Source of the DNA: the human T2T-CHM13v2.0 reference genome, Homo sapiens
Assembly: GCF_009914755.1 (NCBI RefSeq)
Contig: NC_060937.1
Reading direction: 5' to 3' (one strand)
DNA: 64,000 nt
Both the position numbers and the translations under genes were made by a program. Within the stretch, counting starts at the first letter, position 1. Each line of letters opens with the position of its first letter. This document shows positions 49,961 to 64,000 of the stretch, one piece after another. The notes beneath the pieces were generated by a model, which saw nothing but the letters and a program-made list of their open reading frames with translations, had not been told where the DNA came from and ran no database searches.

Positions 49961-50336
49961 TGTATTAGTCTGTTCTCTTGTTGCTAATAAAGACATACTT
50001 GAGACTGGGTAATTTATAAAGGAAAGAGGTTTAATTGACTCACGGTTCCACACAACTGGGGAAGCCTCACAATCATGGTGGAAGGCAAGGAGGAGCAAGC
50101 AGGCAAGAGAGAGCTTATGTGGATGGCAGCAGGCAAGAGAAAGCTTGTGCAGGGGAACTCCTCTTCATAAAACCATCAGATCTCCTGTGACTTATTCACT
50201 ATCAGGAGAACAGCACAGGAAAGACCTGCCCTCATGATTCAATTACCTCCCACTTGGTCCCTCCCATGACACGTGGGAATTATGGGAGCTACAATTCAAG
50301 ATGAAATTTGGGTGGGGACACAGCCAAACCATATCA
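49961..50336 (-). mobile_element. THE1B/C MaLR solo LTR, full length
   Basis: tgtattagtctgttctc...cacagccaaaccatatca; perfect TSD ACTAC at 49956-49960 and 50337-50341. Confidence 0.93.
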
Positions 50337-50810
50337 ACTACCAATTGATTAACCAAATCCCTCAGTTTTAGAACATTTGTTGAATGTTAATAATATTTCA
50401 AGTTTGCGCTATGCACTTTACATATGTTATTTCATTTAGGTAACTTGCTTACAATTTCTTGATATTACTGACTATCCTTATTCTCTGTATACCTTTCTGT
50501 AGGATTGTACACTGATTATTTAAGGGCTTTTCATAAATATTGCCAGAGTATGCTCCAGAAAGGTTCTAACAATTTACATTCACAAAGCACAAAGCATCCA
50601 GAGTGTTTAATTCTCTACATCCACACAATCAATGGGTATTATCAACTTTTAAAATCTTTTCTAATCTTCTAAGGAAAAACGGTAACTCATTCTTTCACCT
50701 TGGAATTCTTTGATCACTAGAGAAGCAGAATTTTGTCTCTTGATGTATTCATATTTTTCTCTAAAATATTTTAAATCCTATATATTTGAACATATTAAAA
50801 AGTATATTTT

Positions 50811-51112
<302 letters not shown>

Positions 51113-51363
51113 TTAATTATATGTACTCACATGTACATAATTTCATCAATGCATGCCTTTAAAATCATGAAGTTCTCTTTTTATTGCAATTTTTTTTGTT
51201 TGCTTTATCCTCTTCTTCTTTCCTTTTACATCATCCTTTCTGTCCCTTAAACAGCCTTTAAAACAACATTGAATGCATCTTTCCATATTTTTGTATGTCC
51301 TTATATAATCCTTATATAATGTATGACATACATGCATACACATACACTATATTATATACACAT

Positions 51364-51372
<9 letters not shown>

Positions 51373-51398
<26 letters not shown>
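51373..51398. repeat. (TA)13 microsatellite
   Basis: Read directly. Confidence 0.95.
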
Positions 51399-52049
51399 CA
51401 GTTTGTTTTATAGATTTTTTTAAAAAGTGGGATCATATATTACATATTTTTCTGCATCCTGCTTTTCTCACTCAACAGTACCTCATTTGAAAACCCTCCA
51501 AGTTGTTTGATGGAGTTACAATTTATCATTTTCAGTGACTGAAATTTTTTAAAGGCATGCTCCTATTGATAGGCATTGCTTGTGTTTCTGGTTTTTCTTT
51601 TTCTTCTACCACTACTAACAATGCTACAGTTAATATCTTTTAACATATGTCTTTACAAAGAAATTGATTTTATGGAACACACAGGAATGTTATTGGTAAG
51701 TGGCCTAAGTGTGGATACGTGTTTTACCCCTAAGAAATGATGCCAGATTGCTTTGCCCGAAGGTCCAAACACGTCCCTTCCCAGGAGCAATCTCAGAGAG
51801 TACCCATTTCATTATGTCCAGCCAGCAATAGCTGTTATGGCATTTCAAATTATCAGTCTGATGGCTGTAGTGATAATCATATTGTTACTGTAATTTGCAT
51901 ATCCATGGTTACTGCTTGTGAATTTGTATATCTTTTCATTTGTTTGTTTGCCATTGATTTACCCATCTGTGAATTGTCTTTGCCCATTATTTTATTGGGT
52001 TACATTTTTCTTATGTATTTCTAAGAGATTTTTGCATACTATAAATAAA

Positions 52050-52377
<328 letters not shown>

Positions 52378-52449
52378 TAATTTTTAAAAATATTTATTTT
52401 GAATTCAGAAATTAGAACAAATTTTAAAATTAATTTTACAATTTTTTAC

Positions 52450-55400
52450 TAAAATTTTTGATTTTTTTTTCTGTGCATGCAGGTATACAATCATGTAACC
52501 ACCAAAAAGAGTTTTTTTCTCATCTTTCCCAATACTTGTGCCAGTTGTTTTCATGTTATGTATACTATAATACCTATAATAGTGTTGAAATAATGTGAAA
52601 CATAATCTTTATCTAGCTATGATTTTAAAATTTGCCGCTAGCTTTTAGGAAATTTCTTTGTTGAATTTAAGTGGTTTCTTTCTAGCCCTATTTTAGTTAG
52701 GACTGGCTACTGAATTTCGTCAAATGCCTTTTAAGTATTTATTGATAGGACATGTGTTTTATCTTTTACTTTTTTGCTGCACTTAATTCAATGGATATAT
52801 TAATTTCCTGATGTTAACCAACCGATTATTCCTGAAAGAGACTCAACTTAGTCTTTTGATATATTGAGAGATTCTCTTTGCTAATACTTATTTAGAATTT
52901 TTGCTTTTATAGTTATAAGTCAGATTTATTTCCAGTTTCCTATTTTGCTTCCATTTTTATTGAGTTTGGACACTGGATTTTAAAATTCTGTTCCAATGGT
53001 CTATGTAGCTGTTTTAATACCAGTATCATACTACTTTGGTTACTATGGTTTTGTAATATATTTTGAAATCAGAAAGTATTGATGTTTCCAGCTTTGTTCT
53101 TCTTGATCAAGATTACTTTGGTTATATAGGGTCCTTGGATAAAGAAAATGTGGCACATACACAACACAGAATACTATGCAGCCATAAAAAAGGATGAGTT
53201 CATGTCCTTTGCAGGGACATGGATGAAGCTGGAAACCATCATTCTCAGCAAACTATCACAAGAACAGAAAACCAAACACTGTATGTTCTCACTCATAAGT
53301 GGGAGTTGAACAATGAGAACACATGGACACAGGGAGGAGAACATCACACACCAGGGCCTGTTTGGGGGTCGGGGGCTAGGGGAGGGAGAACATTAGGAGA
53401 AACACGTAATGTCGGTGATGGGTTGATGGGTGCAGCAAACCACCATAGCACATGTATACCTATGTAACAAAACTGCACATTCTGCACATGTACCCCAGAA
53501 CTTAAAGTATAATAATAAAAACAAATAGTATATGTAATAGGGTCTTTTGTGATTTTAGGATTGTTTTTTTTTTTTCTGTAAAGAATGCCATGCATTGAAT
53601 TTGTGGATCACCTTGGACATTTTTACAACATAAATTCTTCCAACCCATGAACAAGGGTTGTCTTTCCATTGGTCTGTGTCTTTAATTTTATGCATTAAAT
53701 TTTTACAGTTTTCAGTGTACAAATCTTAACCTCTTTGGTTATGTTTATTCCTAAGTATTTTTTTTATTTTGCTATTGTAAATGGGATTGTTTTCTTAATT
53801 TCCTTTTTGAATAGTTCATCGTTAGTGTATAGAAATATCATCTATTTTTTGTGTGTTGTTTTTGAATCCTGCAACTTTACTGAATTTGTTTATCAGTTCT
53901 TTCTGTGGAGTCTTTAGGATTTACTTTATATAAGATCATATAATCTGCAAACATAGGCAATTGTACTTATTTCTTTCTGATTTGGCTGCCCATTACTTTT
54001 TTTTTTTTTTTTGTCTAGTTGCTCTGGCTATATCAAATAAAAGTGTCAAGAGTGAGCATCCTTGCCTTGTGCTGAATCACAAAGGAATACCTTTCAGTTT
54101 TTCTCCATTGATTATGATAGCAGTGGGCTTTTCACAGTGGGCTTTACTGTGTTGAGGTAAGTTCCTTCTGTACCTATTTTGTTGAGTTTTTATTACGAAT
54201 GATGTTGATTTGGTCAAATGCTTTTTCTGCATCTGTTGAAATGGTCATGTGGTTTTTATCTTTCATTCTGTTAATATGATGTAACACCTTGATTGATTTG
54301 CATATATTAAACCAGCCTTGCATCCCAGGAATAAATTCCAGTTGTTCATGGTGTATAATCTTTTTGATGTGTTGTTGAAAACAGTTTGCTAATATTTTAT
54401 TAAAATTTTTGCATCCATCAGAGATATCAGCCTTAGTTTTCTTTTCTTATGGTATATTTGATTAGCTTTGGTATTAAGGTGATGCTGGCCTTGTAAAATG
54501 TGTTTGGAAGTATTCCCTCTAGTTACATTTTTTGGAAAAGTTTAAGAAGGAATGGTATTAATTCTTCTTTGAATGTTTGGTAGAACTCAGCTGTGAGGCC
54601 ATCTGGTCCTGAGCTTTTCTTTGCTGGGAGGTTTTAAGTTACTGCTTCAATCTCTTTATCTGTTATGGGTTTGTTCAGGCTTTTTCTTTCTCCCTGATTC
54701 AATGTTTGTGGTTTGTATTTTCCTAAGAATTTATCCATTTCCTCTAGGTTATCCAATTTGTTCATATGTAATTGTTTATAATAGTCCCTTATGATCCTTT
54801 TAATTTCTTAGGTATCTGTTGTAATGTCTCCACCTTAATTTCTGATTTTATTTATTTAATTCTTCTTTCTTTTTTATAGTTAGTCTGGCTAAGGGTTTGT
54901 CAATTTTATCTTTTCAAAAAATCAACTCTTGTTGATTTTCTCTATGATTTTTCTATTCTCTATTTGATTTATTTCTGCTCTAATCTTTATTGTTTCCTTC
55001 TGTCTGCTAATTTTGATATTGCCATTATATATCAATTTGGGGAGAACAATTTTGAGTCTTCCAAACTAGTTTGGTATATATCTCTAATTGTGTAAATATT
55101 CTTTAATTTTTCTCAGTAATATTTTATATTTTTCTGTTTATAGATCTTGCAATCTTTTGTTTAATTTATCCCTAAGAATATCTTTATGCAATTACAAATA
55201 TTTTAACATTTTAACTTCCAAATGTTCATTGCTTGTGTATGAAATAAAAATGGACTTTTTGCAAATTAATTTTTATCCTACAATCTTAAGTTTATTTATT
55301 AGTTCTAGTAGCTTTTTTTGTAGATCTGCTGGATTTTCTACATAGATGATCATGTCATCAGTGAATAACAATAGGTTTACTTCTCACTTTCAAATCTGGA

Positions 55401-55865
55401 TGTCTTTTTGGAGAGAGTTAGTATAGAATTGATTTTATATTTTCTTAAATGTTGGTAGAATTGGCCAGTAAAAGCATCTGGGCCAGAAGTTTTCTTTGGA
55501 AAGGTTTTTATCTATAAATTCACCTTTTGATATAGATATAGGACTAATGAGGTTACCTATTTTTTTCTTGAGTGAGCTTTGATAATTTGTATATTTCAAG
55601 AAATTTGTCCATTTTTTCCTTATGTTGTTGAAATTATTGACATAAAATTGCTCATAGTATTCCCTTATTATCATTTTAATAACTGTCACATTTGTAGCGA
55701 TGTTATTTTTCTTGTTCCCAATATTGTTAATTTGTTAAAGTGTGATTTCTATAAATGGCATGTCATTAGGTTGTGTTCTTTAATCCAGCCTGACAATCTC
55801 TGCTTTTTAATTAGGATGTTTAGACCATTTACTTTTAATGTTATTACTGATATGTTTAGGTTTCT
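52450..55865 (-). mobile_element. Mosaic of L1M ORF2 fragments (a less decayed L1MA/MB-like piece at ~52975-55015 amid older L1M)
   Basis: T-rich reverse-complement ORF2 blocks such as ccagccttgcatcccaggaataaat, gtgatgctggccttgtaaaatg, gccatctggtcctgagc; similar blocks recur, so more than one element. Confidence 0.8.
53136..53530 (+). mobile_element. L1PA (L1PA7-like) 3' end, 5'-truncated, inserted antisense into the older L1
   Basis: ggatgagttcatgtcctttgcagggacatggatgaagctggaaacc...cagaacttaaagtataataataaaa; TSD-like atagggtc(c/t)t at 53126 and 53537. Confidence 0.9.
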
Positions 55866-55869
55866 TTAA

Positions 55870-56170
<301 letters not shown>

Positions 56171-56790
56171 AGATATGGTAAGATTTATATCTATGTTTCT
56201 ATTTGTTTATCTGTTTTTTATTCTACCTTTCCTTGTTTTAATTATTAAGATATTTTTGGGCACTGAAAGTCTTATTCATGTAAAATCAGAACTTCAATTT
56301 TATATCGAATCCAAAATTTCTTCCCTGACCATGTGCAGATGATCAGTGGCTCAAGGACCCTTTCCTTTTCCTAGATCTTTTATTTTTCTTCCCCCACTAT
56401 TTCCAGTGCTCAGGCTTCTCCAGGGTTTGGAATGGGAGAAGCTTGATCAGAGTGAAGAAGGCCATGACTCTTTTTATTCAACAGTAGCAAGAGCAACCCA
56501 AATCTTTGTTTTTACATTATTTATGGCAGTTTCAAGTGTTTCGCTGATTGAAAGCTTTAGCTATTAAAAAGAAGACCCTGGTATTAGTCTCTTTACAACT
56601 GTTGCAAGCCTGTTGAATTTGAATGCTAAGAGACAATGTGTGTTAGAGCTTGGTGTACAGTTGCTTACCTTAAATAGATTAGGCATTAGTAATTTAATTC
56701 TTCACTGAGTTTTACCATTCTGAACTAAGATACAATGTTGTTAAGGTAATGAGGGCTATAGTAACACAGCAAGAAAAAAAATCTTAATAA

Positions 56791-57095
<305 letters not shown>

Positions 57096-57179
57096 AATAA
57101 AATTATGTTAACATCTATGTAATGTCCAATATTGGTTCTCTTTCAATGGCAATTATCTTCCAAGTAGTCATTTATGGCT

Positions 57180-57425
57180 CCTTATTGGGCTTCTTCCATC
57201 TCTGGCTCTGCCATTTTTGACCTAGGGCTTCTAAGGTTGCCACACCCATCTACATCAAGCTGACATTGTTCCAGAAATTTTTTATAGGCTAAGTCCTGGG
57301 GATGGTATACATCACTTCTGTTCATATTTCATTGGCTGGACTTCAGTTATGGCTGACTTCAAGGGAGGCTGGGAAACTGGGGCAAGAATAGAAAATGCTT
57401 GGTGAACAGCTAGCTAGTTTCTGTG
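57180..57425 (-). mobile_element. MLT1J-like MaLR LTR fragment
   Basis: catcacttctgttcatatttcattggct; caagggaggctgggaaa; ttggtgaacagctagc. Confidence 0.65.
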
Positions 57426-58639
57426 TAGGAGTGTTTTTTGTTATAAGGATTTTACAGATTTAAATTTAAATTTAAAAGTCCATGAACATGGTTTTTCATC
57501 TCTGTCTTCTGTGGTAGTATGTTGACATCATATGGCCAGGTCACTCACCACCCCCTCCCCCCACCATCCCCAAGGAAACTCAGTCTCAATAAGGACATTT
57601 CTTGGGGAGGGGGAAGGTAGCTCATCACACTAACACCAAAGCTCTCAGAAGTTGCAAAGCTTGAATTTTTAAGAAAATGTAAAGGGACTACAGCTTTATA
57701 ATGAGCATTTTAAACAGAAAAGAACAGATTTAATAGAACTTTTATTAAAGTCAAGCAGCGATATCTTCATACTTCATGCTGAGAATTTTTTTCTTTTTCT
57801 TTAACTCTTGAATGTCTTTTTAATGATTTTTAACAATTTAAATGTAGAAACTTATGTTCTATTTTCTAGAGTTTTGATTTTAGACAAAAAGGCATTTGTA
57901 TAAAGAATCCTTTAGAGTGTTTATACATAGCTCTATGTTTAGTATTTTTCTTACAAATCTCAATCCCCTGGAGTCATGGGGCACTCAGAGCCCAGGGACT
58001 CAAGTTCACCATTAGTTTAATGGTTTTGACCTCTGCTCTAAAGTGGATTTGTACAGAGAGTCATGCCTTGCATGTCCCAGAGTCATTAGCTTGGCATGAA
58101 ATGGTTCTACTGCTTATGTTGCAGTATAATTGTTTCTGAGTTGGGCTTCTGTAAAATGATTATGTCTACTCGAAGACCTGAAGAATTTAAGAGCAATCTG
58201 CTCATGGGGTGTCAGTATTTGAGGGCTGGCAACTGGATAATCTTATGTGTAAGATAGAACCTAACTTTCTCTACTCATTTAGTTACCTAGGGTACTGGCT
58301 CACTTAAAGATTTGAGAGGCATCTCTTTTCAAGATTAGTATTTCCCACCATGGCTATGGAAACAGTTCTCTATGTCGGCCAAGCCAGCTCTGAGCAATCT
58401 TCTGGGAACTTAATATTGTTTATTATTGAATATTTTGTTCATTAATTTGGGGTCCTAAGTATGTCTCAGCTTTTTGATATAATGTCTCCAATAGTGATAT
58501 TTATTTTAACTCATATGCTAGAAGCCAAAGCTTCATTAATTTGACAATGATTTGCTACATGGTTAACAGGCCAGGTGTCTAGAATAAAAAATCTGCATCA
58601 AATAACTTTTGAATGACAAGGTGACCATATTCTGGCCAA

Positions 58640-60130
58640 AGGGAAGACTTAAATTGAATAAATAAATGTTGTAGTATATTAGAAAGTGGTAAATGCCATG
58701 AAGGAAATAAATGGGAGTAGGAAGTTTAAGGGTTGGTAGATATTGCAATATTAAATATGGTAGTCAGGGAGGATGTTATTGATTATGTGACATTTGAACA
58801 AAAACTTAAAGGAGCTGAGGAAAGAGCATTCCAGGCAGAGATGAGAGCAAGGATGAGGCCTTTTAAACTGACTTATTTGAGGAACAGCAAAGAGGCCAAC
58901 TTGTGTTACTAGTGATAGAGAATGAGGAGATCCTGATAGGAGATGCGGCCAGAGAAGCTGAGTTCTGGGGTGGGAATAGGGTGAGGGGAGCAGAAGAGAG
59001 TAAGTCCTGACTAGGAGCAACACCTGAATTTTGTGGCATCCTGGAGGCCAGGCAGAGAAAATGTGTGGAGGAGGGAGTGATGGACTATGCCAAAAGATGC
59101 TGGTGGGTCACACGAGGTGCAGTCTGAGAACTGACCACTGGGTTTAGATTTGCATTGAGTAAGTGTAGTGGGATCAAGAGTGAATGGGAGGAGAGAAAGT
59201 AAAGATTATTTTTTTAAGAGAAGTTTTGCTGCAATAAGGTGGTACAAATCAGAAGCAAAGTTGAGAGAGCTCTTTTACTTTTAAGAAGGGAGAAATCATG
59301 TGATGTTTGTATGCTGATGAGAATAATCCAGGGGAGAGGGAAAAATTGATACAGGAGTGAGAGGAGAGAATTGATGAAGGTTAGAGAGGAGGGATCTGAT
59401 GCATGAGAAGAGAGATTGGCCTTAAATACAAGCACGGCCAGTGTATCCATGAGGAGGGCAAATCAATGGGCATGGACGCTGGTAGATGGGTAAGTATAGA
59501 GATGGGACCATGTGGACTCTTCTAATTGCTGGTAGGTGGGTAAATATAGAGATAGGGGCATGTGGACTCTTCTAAAGCTTTCTTAGCACAACAAGGAATA
59601 AGAGCATCATCTGGGAGCAGGAATGAGAGAGGACTTTGAGGAGAGAGGAGAAGTAATTGTGAGAGAAGGGAAATGAATGGGGCAAGGGGTGTTATTGTGA
59701 TTGCTCAGCAGCATTTTGGTGGTCATGTCTACGAAGGACTTAAAGACAGGTAAGAATTGAGGTGTGAGAGGTAACCAGGGGTCAGATGTACTAGAGCCTT
59801 TTGGGCTGTGGTCATGACTTTGGATTTCATTCTGAGTGAGATGGGCAGCTGTTGGAGAATTTGAGCAGTGGAGTGACACTATCTGACTTAGGTTCTAAAA
59901 GGATCACTTTGACCACTCTGTGCAGAATATTTTGCAGGAGCAGAAGCAGGACCAAAACTAGTTCAGCAGTCTAAGAGAAAGATGATGGTGGCTCCAGCTA
60001 AGGTGCAAGTGGTGAAGGGGAGAAAAAGAGCTGGATTTGAGATAAATTTTGAAGGCAGAGCTGACAGGAATTGTCAATTAAAAGAAGAGTGTGAGAAAGA
60101 GGCATTAAGGATGAGTTTAAGATCTAATCT
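58640..60130 (-). mobile_element. L2 (L2a-like) fragments
   Basis: gtgacatttgaacaaaaacttaaagga; gagcattccaggcagag; gactttggatttcattctgagtgagatggg; ttttgaaggcagagctgacagga. Confidence 0.75.
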
Positions 60131-61294
60131 TGAGCAATGCATAAATACTAGTGCTAATTAGATATCAGATTTCTCAGTCCCCAATACACCTATAAGATCA
60201 GCACAAACTGAGCTGGCATTCTTAGCCATGTAGCAAAATGATCCCCATGTAGACTGAGGCAGTAGTCTCCTTCAGGTTAATGTTGCTAATAGCCTCATAT
60301 TTCAGACACAAAGGAAGCAGGTTTTGGCATGAACATGGTATGCAGGAGGTTTAAGATGTGTAGTTTTTCAAAGTATTTTAGCATATTTTCTTTTAATTTT
60401 ATAATTCCAAGATATATTAAGTAGATACCAATTTAACCTACCTTCTGGAAATTTCTTCTTTCAAAAAATGACAGAATTTAGTTAATAGTCTGGCACTCGT
60501 TAGAGTTTTCCCAACAATAAAACAAAGTGTATTTATTTTAATGGGAAGTTCTGCTCTGTCCATTCAGTATTTTAATGTTTTCACTTTTTCCTTCTTTAAA
60601 ACTTAAAACTATAAAAGTCTGAAAAATGAATATGCCATCAACTTTAAAAATAAAGATGACACTTTGCTCCTTCCTTCTTAAAGAACAGCTTGTCTCAATT
60701 TTCCCAATCTCTGTTTTCTTGAAATTTTACTTTCTGACTGGGCCAATCTGGCTACATATCCTCTTGCTACTTCATTCTCTTTTATCAGCAAACTTTCAGG
60801 ATCACTAAAGAATAAGTAGTGTCTTTGCTTCCATCCCCTTACACTTAGAGACTTTCAGAGTTTCTGTAATAGCTCGCTACACAGAGAAAGGCAAACAAAA
60901 GGATGCTAGAACATTTTCCCAAAAAGTGCAGTTTAGTTCTTTTCTTCATTGTGTTTGCAAATGATTGCACTGGGACTGAGGGAGGAAATGAATGTATTGC
61001 ATAGGAATCTTTGTTCTGTGGTTTGGGGAGATCAAGACCAATACTACCTGGATATTTTATTAACATCTTCAATTTGTTTCTTTGAGTCTTCTTCCCTCTC
61101 AGCAGAATGAATGATTAATTTCAGGTAAAAAGAAGCAAGGTTTTTATTGCCTTTCCCCATAATCTGACTTTCAGAGTGGACTTGATGGCTCCAATTATTG
61201 GTGCTTTAAATTGTAAACAGTTGTCAGGTTTGTGGATAGGTGGATCAGGAACAGCCACTTGTTATTTCAGAGATAAAGGCAATGTAGTGCAAAA

Positions 61295-61515
61295 GCTGAG
61301 AGCTTGGGATCTGGAGTCTGATAGATTCTAGTGTCACGGCTCTCTAGCTGGCTAGGCCACTTACAATTTCTCTGGGGCTCAATTTACTCATCTGGAAAAT
61401 AGGGATGATAATGTTTATTTTGTAGAGTTGTTAAGATTGAAATAAGTAATGTATCTTAAGCAATTACCACAGTGCCCTGCACATAATAAACACTCAATAA
61501 TTGGTAGCTATTTTT
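61295..61515 (+). mobile_element. MIR
   Basis: ggctcaatttactcatctggaaaatagggatgataat; cacataataaacactcaataattggtagcta. Confidence 0.8.
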
Positions 61516-61710
61516 ACTTTTTATTTTATAAATTTGTAATATAAGGAGTATGATTTTAATAATTGCATTATTACATATTATATGTATTGGTGTATATATG
61601 TCTTATTATATTACATATACATATATACGTGTGTGTATATATATTTATATATGATTCAGATTTAAAAAAATAGTGTTTTACTTTCTCTAAGCACCCCCAA
61701 AGGATTACAC

Positions 61711-61899
61711 CAGTGATTCTTAAAATACAGTCTCCAGACCAATGGCATCAGCATCACCTGGAAACTTATTAGAAATTCAACTCTTGTAACCCCATTTCAG
61801 ACCAACTGAATTAGAAACTTTAGGGGTGGGGTTTCATAATCTGCATTTTAATGAGTCTTTCTAGTAACCCTGATGCACTGTGAAGCTTGAGAAACACTA
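61711..61899. mobile_element. MER5A hAT-Charlie MITE
   Basis: cagtgattcttaaa...gcatcagcatcacctggaaacttattagaaat...cttgagaaacact. Confidence 0.85.
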
Positions 61900-61942
61900 G
61901 AAGAGGCTATGTTCTCATCCCAGAATAATGACTTTCAAACTA

Positions 61943-62232
<290 letters not shown>

Positions 62233-62459
62233 TTGCTTTAGTTACTGTCTTGTTTCATGTAGTAAATTCTAAGCGACCTGTAAATGCTGAAGTGAAATCA
62301 AATGGTAATATTAAAAACACAAACTCTTTGTTTAATAAATGTCTACTGAGTGCTTACTAGGTGCAAGGCATTGTGTTAAGATGCTTTAATGCACACCTAG
62401 TATCATTGTGTTTGGCACAGTGGCTCTCCATTCTTTTCTGTTTGCTTGTCAATCTTTCT

Positions 62460-63870
62460 GTACACTGCTTTACTTACTACTGCCTTATAGTAGCTTTGGT
62501 ATGTGATGGAACAAGTTCCTTTTCTTTAATCTCCTTGTCCACTTTTGATCATTTATTCATCTGAATAAAATTCAGATTAAGCCTGTTAATTTTCATGACA
62601 AGCTATAATATTCACTGGGAATGTTTTGTAGATCAGTTTAGGGAAAATACAAATTTGTAGATCAGTTTAGGGAAAAATTGATATCTTCATGATATTTTCA
62701 TGATATTTTAAGCCTTCTGGTAAATGAATGTGATGTATCTTTCCATTTACTTGAGTATTCCTTTACATTTTTCATTAAAGGTATATAATTTCATACTTTC
62801 AAGTAATATACTACTTTAGATTTATTCCCAAGAACCTTACAGATTTAAAAAATTCCATTTATTATTGAATAGATATTTTAATTTGTCATTCACTTTCTAA
62901 TTGTTTGTTTCTTGTGTATGGAAATGTCATCGATCTATTTTTTATTAATTGATCCTGTACTCTGCAATTTTACAGAATTCTCTTATTAGTTCTAAAAGTT
63001 TGTAATTTTCAAAATATTTTCTGTGGACAATAAGTTCTACAATTAATGACAGTTTTGAATCGCTCTTTATTTTTCTCTTATTGTTATTTCTTGTCTTATT
63101 GAGTTGGGAAAGACCTCCAGTTAGAAGTTGAACAGTTTTGTAAATAACAGGTGTCTTCATTGTGTTTCTGACTTTAAAGCAGATGCTTCCATCATTGATA
63201 GCAAAGTAGGAGGTTTACTTTATATATATATACTTTTCCTAGTTAAAAGAAGTTTCTTTACTCTTCCTAGTTGGTTAAAACTCTGTATTATAAGAGGATG
63301 TTGAGCTTTTTATCACATAATATGGTATTATTTGAGATTTTTTCTGTATAAATACAGTATTTACATTTATAGGTTTTACATCTATTAAATTATCCTTACA
63401 CTCCTATTTAAAACTTGCTTGACTGCTAATATTATATGTAAGATTTTACCATCTATGCTTATACAAGTGATTGAGCTTATAATTTCACTTTCTCTTGCTG
63501 TTTTTTGTTCAGTTTTGATATTAAAATTTTGCTGGCCTCATGAAAGGAAGTAGAGAACTTTCCTATCTTTTGGTCTCTGCAATAGTTTGAAAAAGAAAAA
63601 GGCTATTTAATTCTTAAAGTTCTGGTAAAATATGCCTATAAGCCTGTCTGGTCTTCATGCTTTGGTGCTTCTTTATGGGCAAGGTGATTTTTTTGTCTGT
63701 TTCTTTCTTTCTTAAATTACTGAGTTACTTTCCCTTTAGGTTTTCTACTTCTTCTTGAGTTAGTTTTGGGAAATTGTAATATTTTTCCAGGAAACTTTCC
63801 ATGATCTTTAAGTTCTTACATATTTACTGGCAAGTTTGTTAATGGTATTCTCTTACAGTTTGCCAAATAT
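62460..63870 (-). mobile_element. Old L1M ORF2 fragment
   Basis: gatcagtttagggaaaaattgatatctt; gtttctgactttaaag; tttgctggcctcatgaaa; tctggtaaaatatgcctat. Confidence 0.7.
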
Positions 63871-63874
63871 TTAC

Positions 63875-64000
63875 TGCTACAATGTGAATGTTTGTGTCCA
63901 AAACTCCTATGTTGAAACCAAATCCACAGTGCTATAGAATAAGAAGTGGGGCCTTTAGGAGGTGATTAGGTCACTAGGGCAGAATCCTCCTGAATGGAAT
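63875..64000 (+). mobile_element. MST/MLT1A-type MaLR LTR 5' part, runs off the window
   Basis: tgctacaatgtgaatgtttgtgtcc..gtggggcctttaggaggtgattaggtca. Confidence 0.8.

Noticed and set aside
57551-57613. C-rich/G-rich imperfect hairpin
   Set aside because: Low-complexity pairing with a large bulge; not pre-miRNA-like.

Overview
Primate (hominoid/human-like) nuclear DNA, either intronic or intergenic. AluJ/S/Y, L1PA, THE1 and LTR12C point to this lineage. I can support no protein-coding exon, RNA gene or CRISPR array. The listed ORFs are short chance frames or come from repeats. Much of the window is recognisable interspersed repeat: solo LTRs (MER21, MER4A, MER57, LTR33, LTR16, MLT1, THE1, LTR12C, MST), old L1M/L2/MIR fragments, nine Alu/FLAM copies and hAT DNA transposons (MER1A, MER5, MER53). 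Many still have readable target-site duplications (TSDs). Family names come from my recall of consensus sequences, not a database search, and boundaries without a TSD are approximate. I found no convincing new biological system. The best leads are: (1) a ~130-bp locally templated insertion inside an MLT1A LTR, copied from ~770 bp downstream; (2) an intact LTR12C promoter that has landed 63 bp upstream of a strong splice donor supplied by the older MLT1 LTR it interrupts; (3) a ~370-bp AT-rich nested palindrome grown from a MIR tail; (4) a well-formed minus-strand candidate exon at 7466-7611 in CpG-retaining unique DNA.
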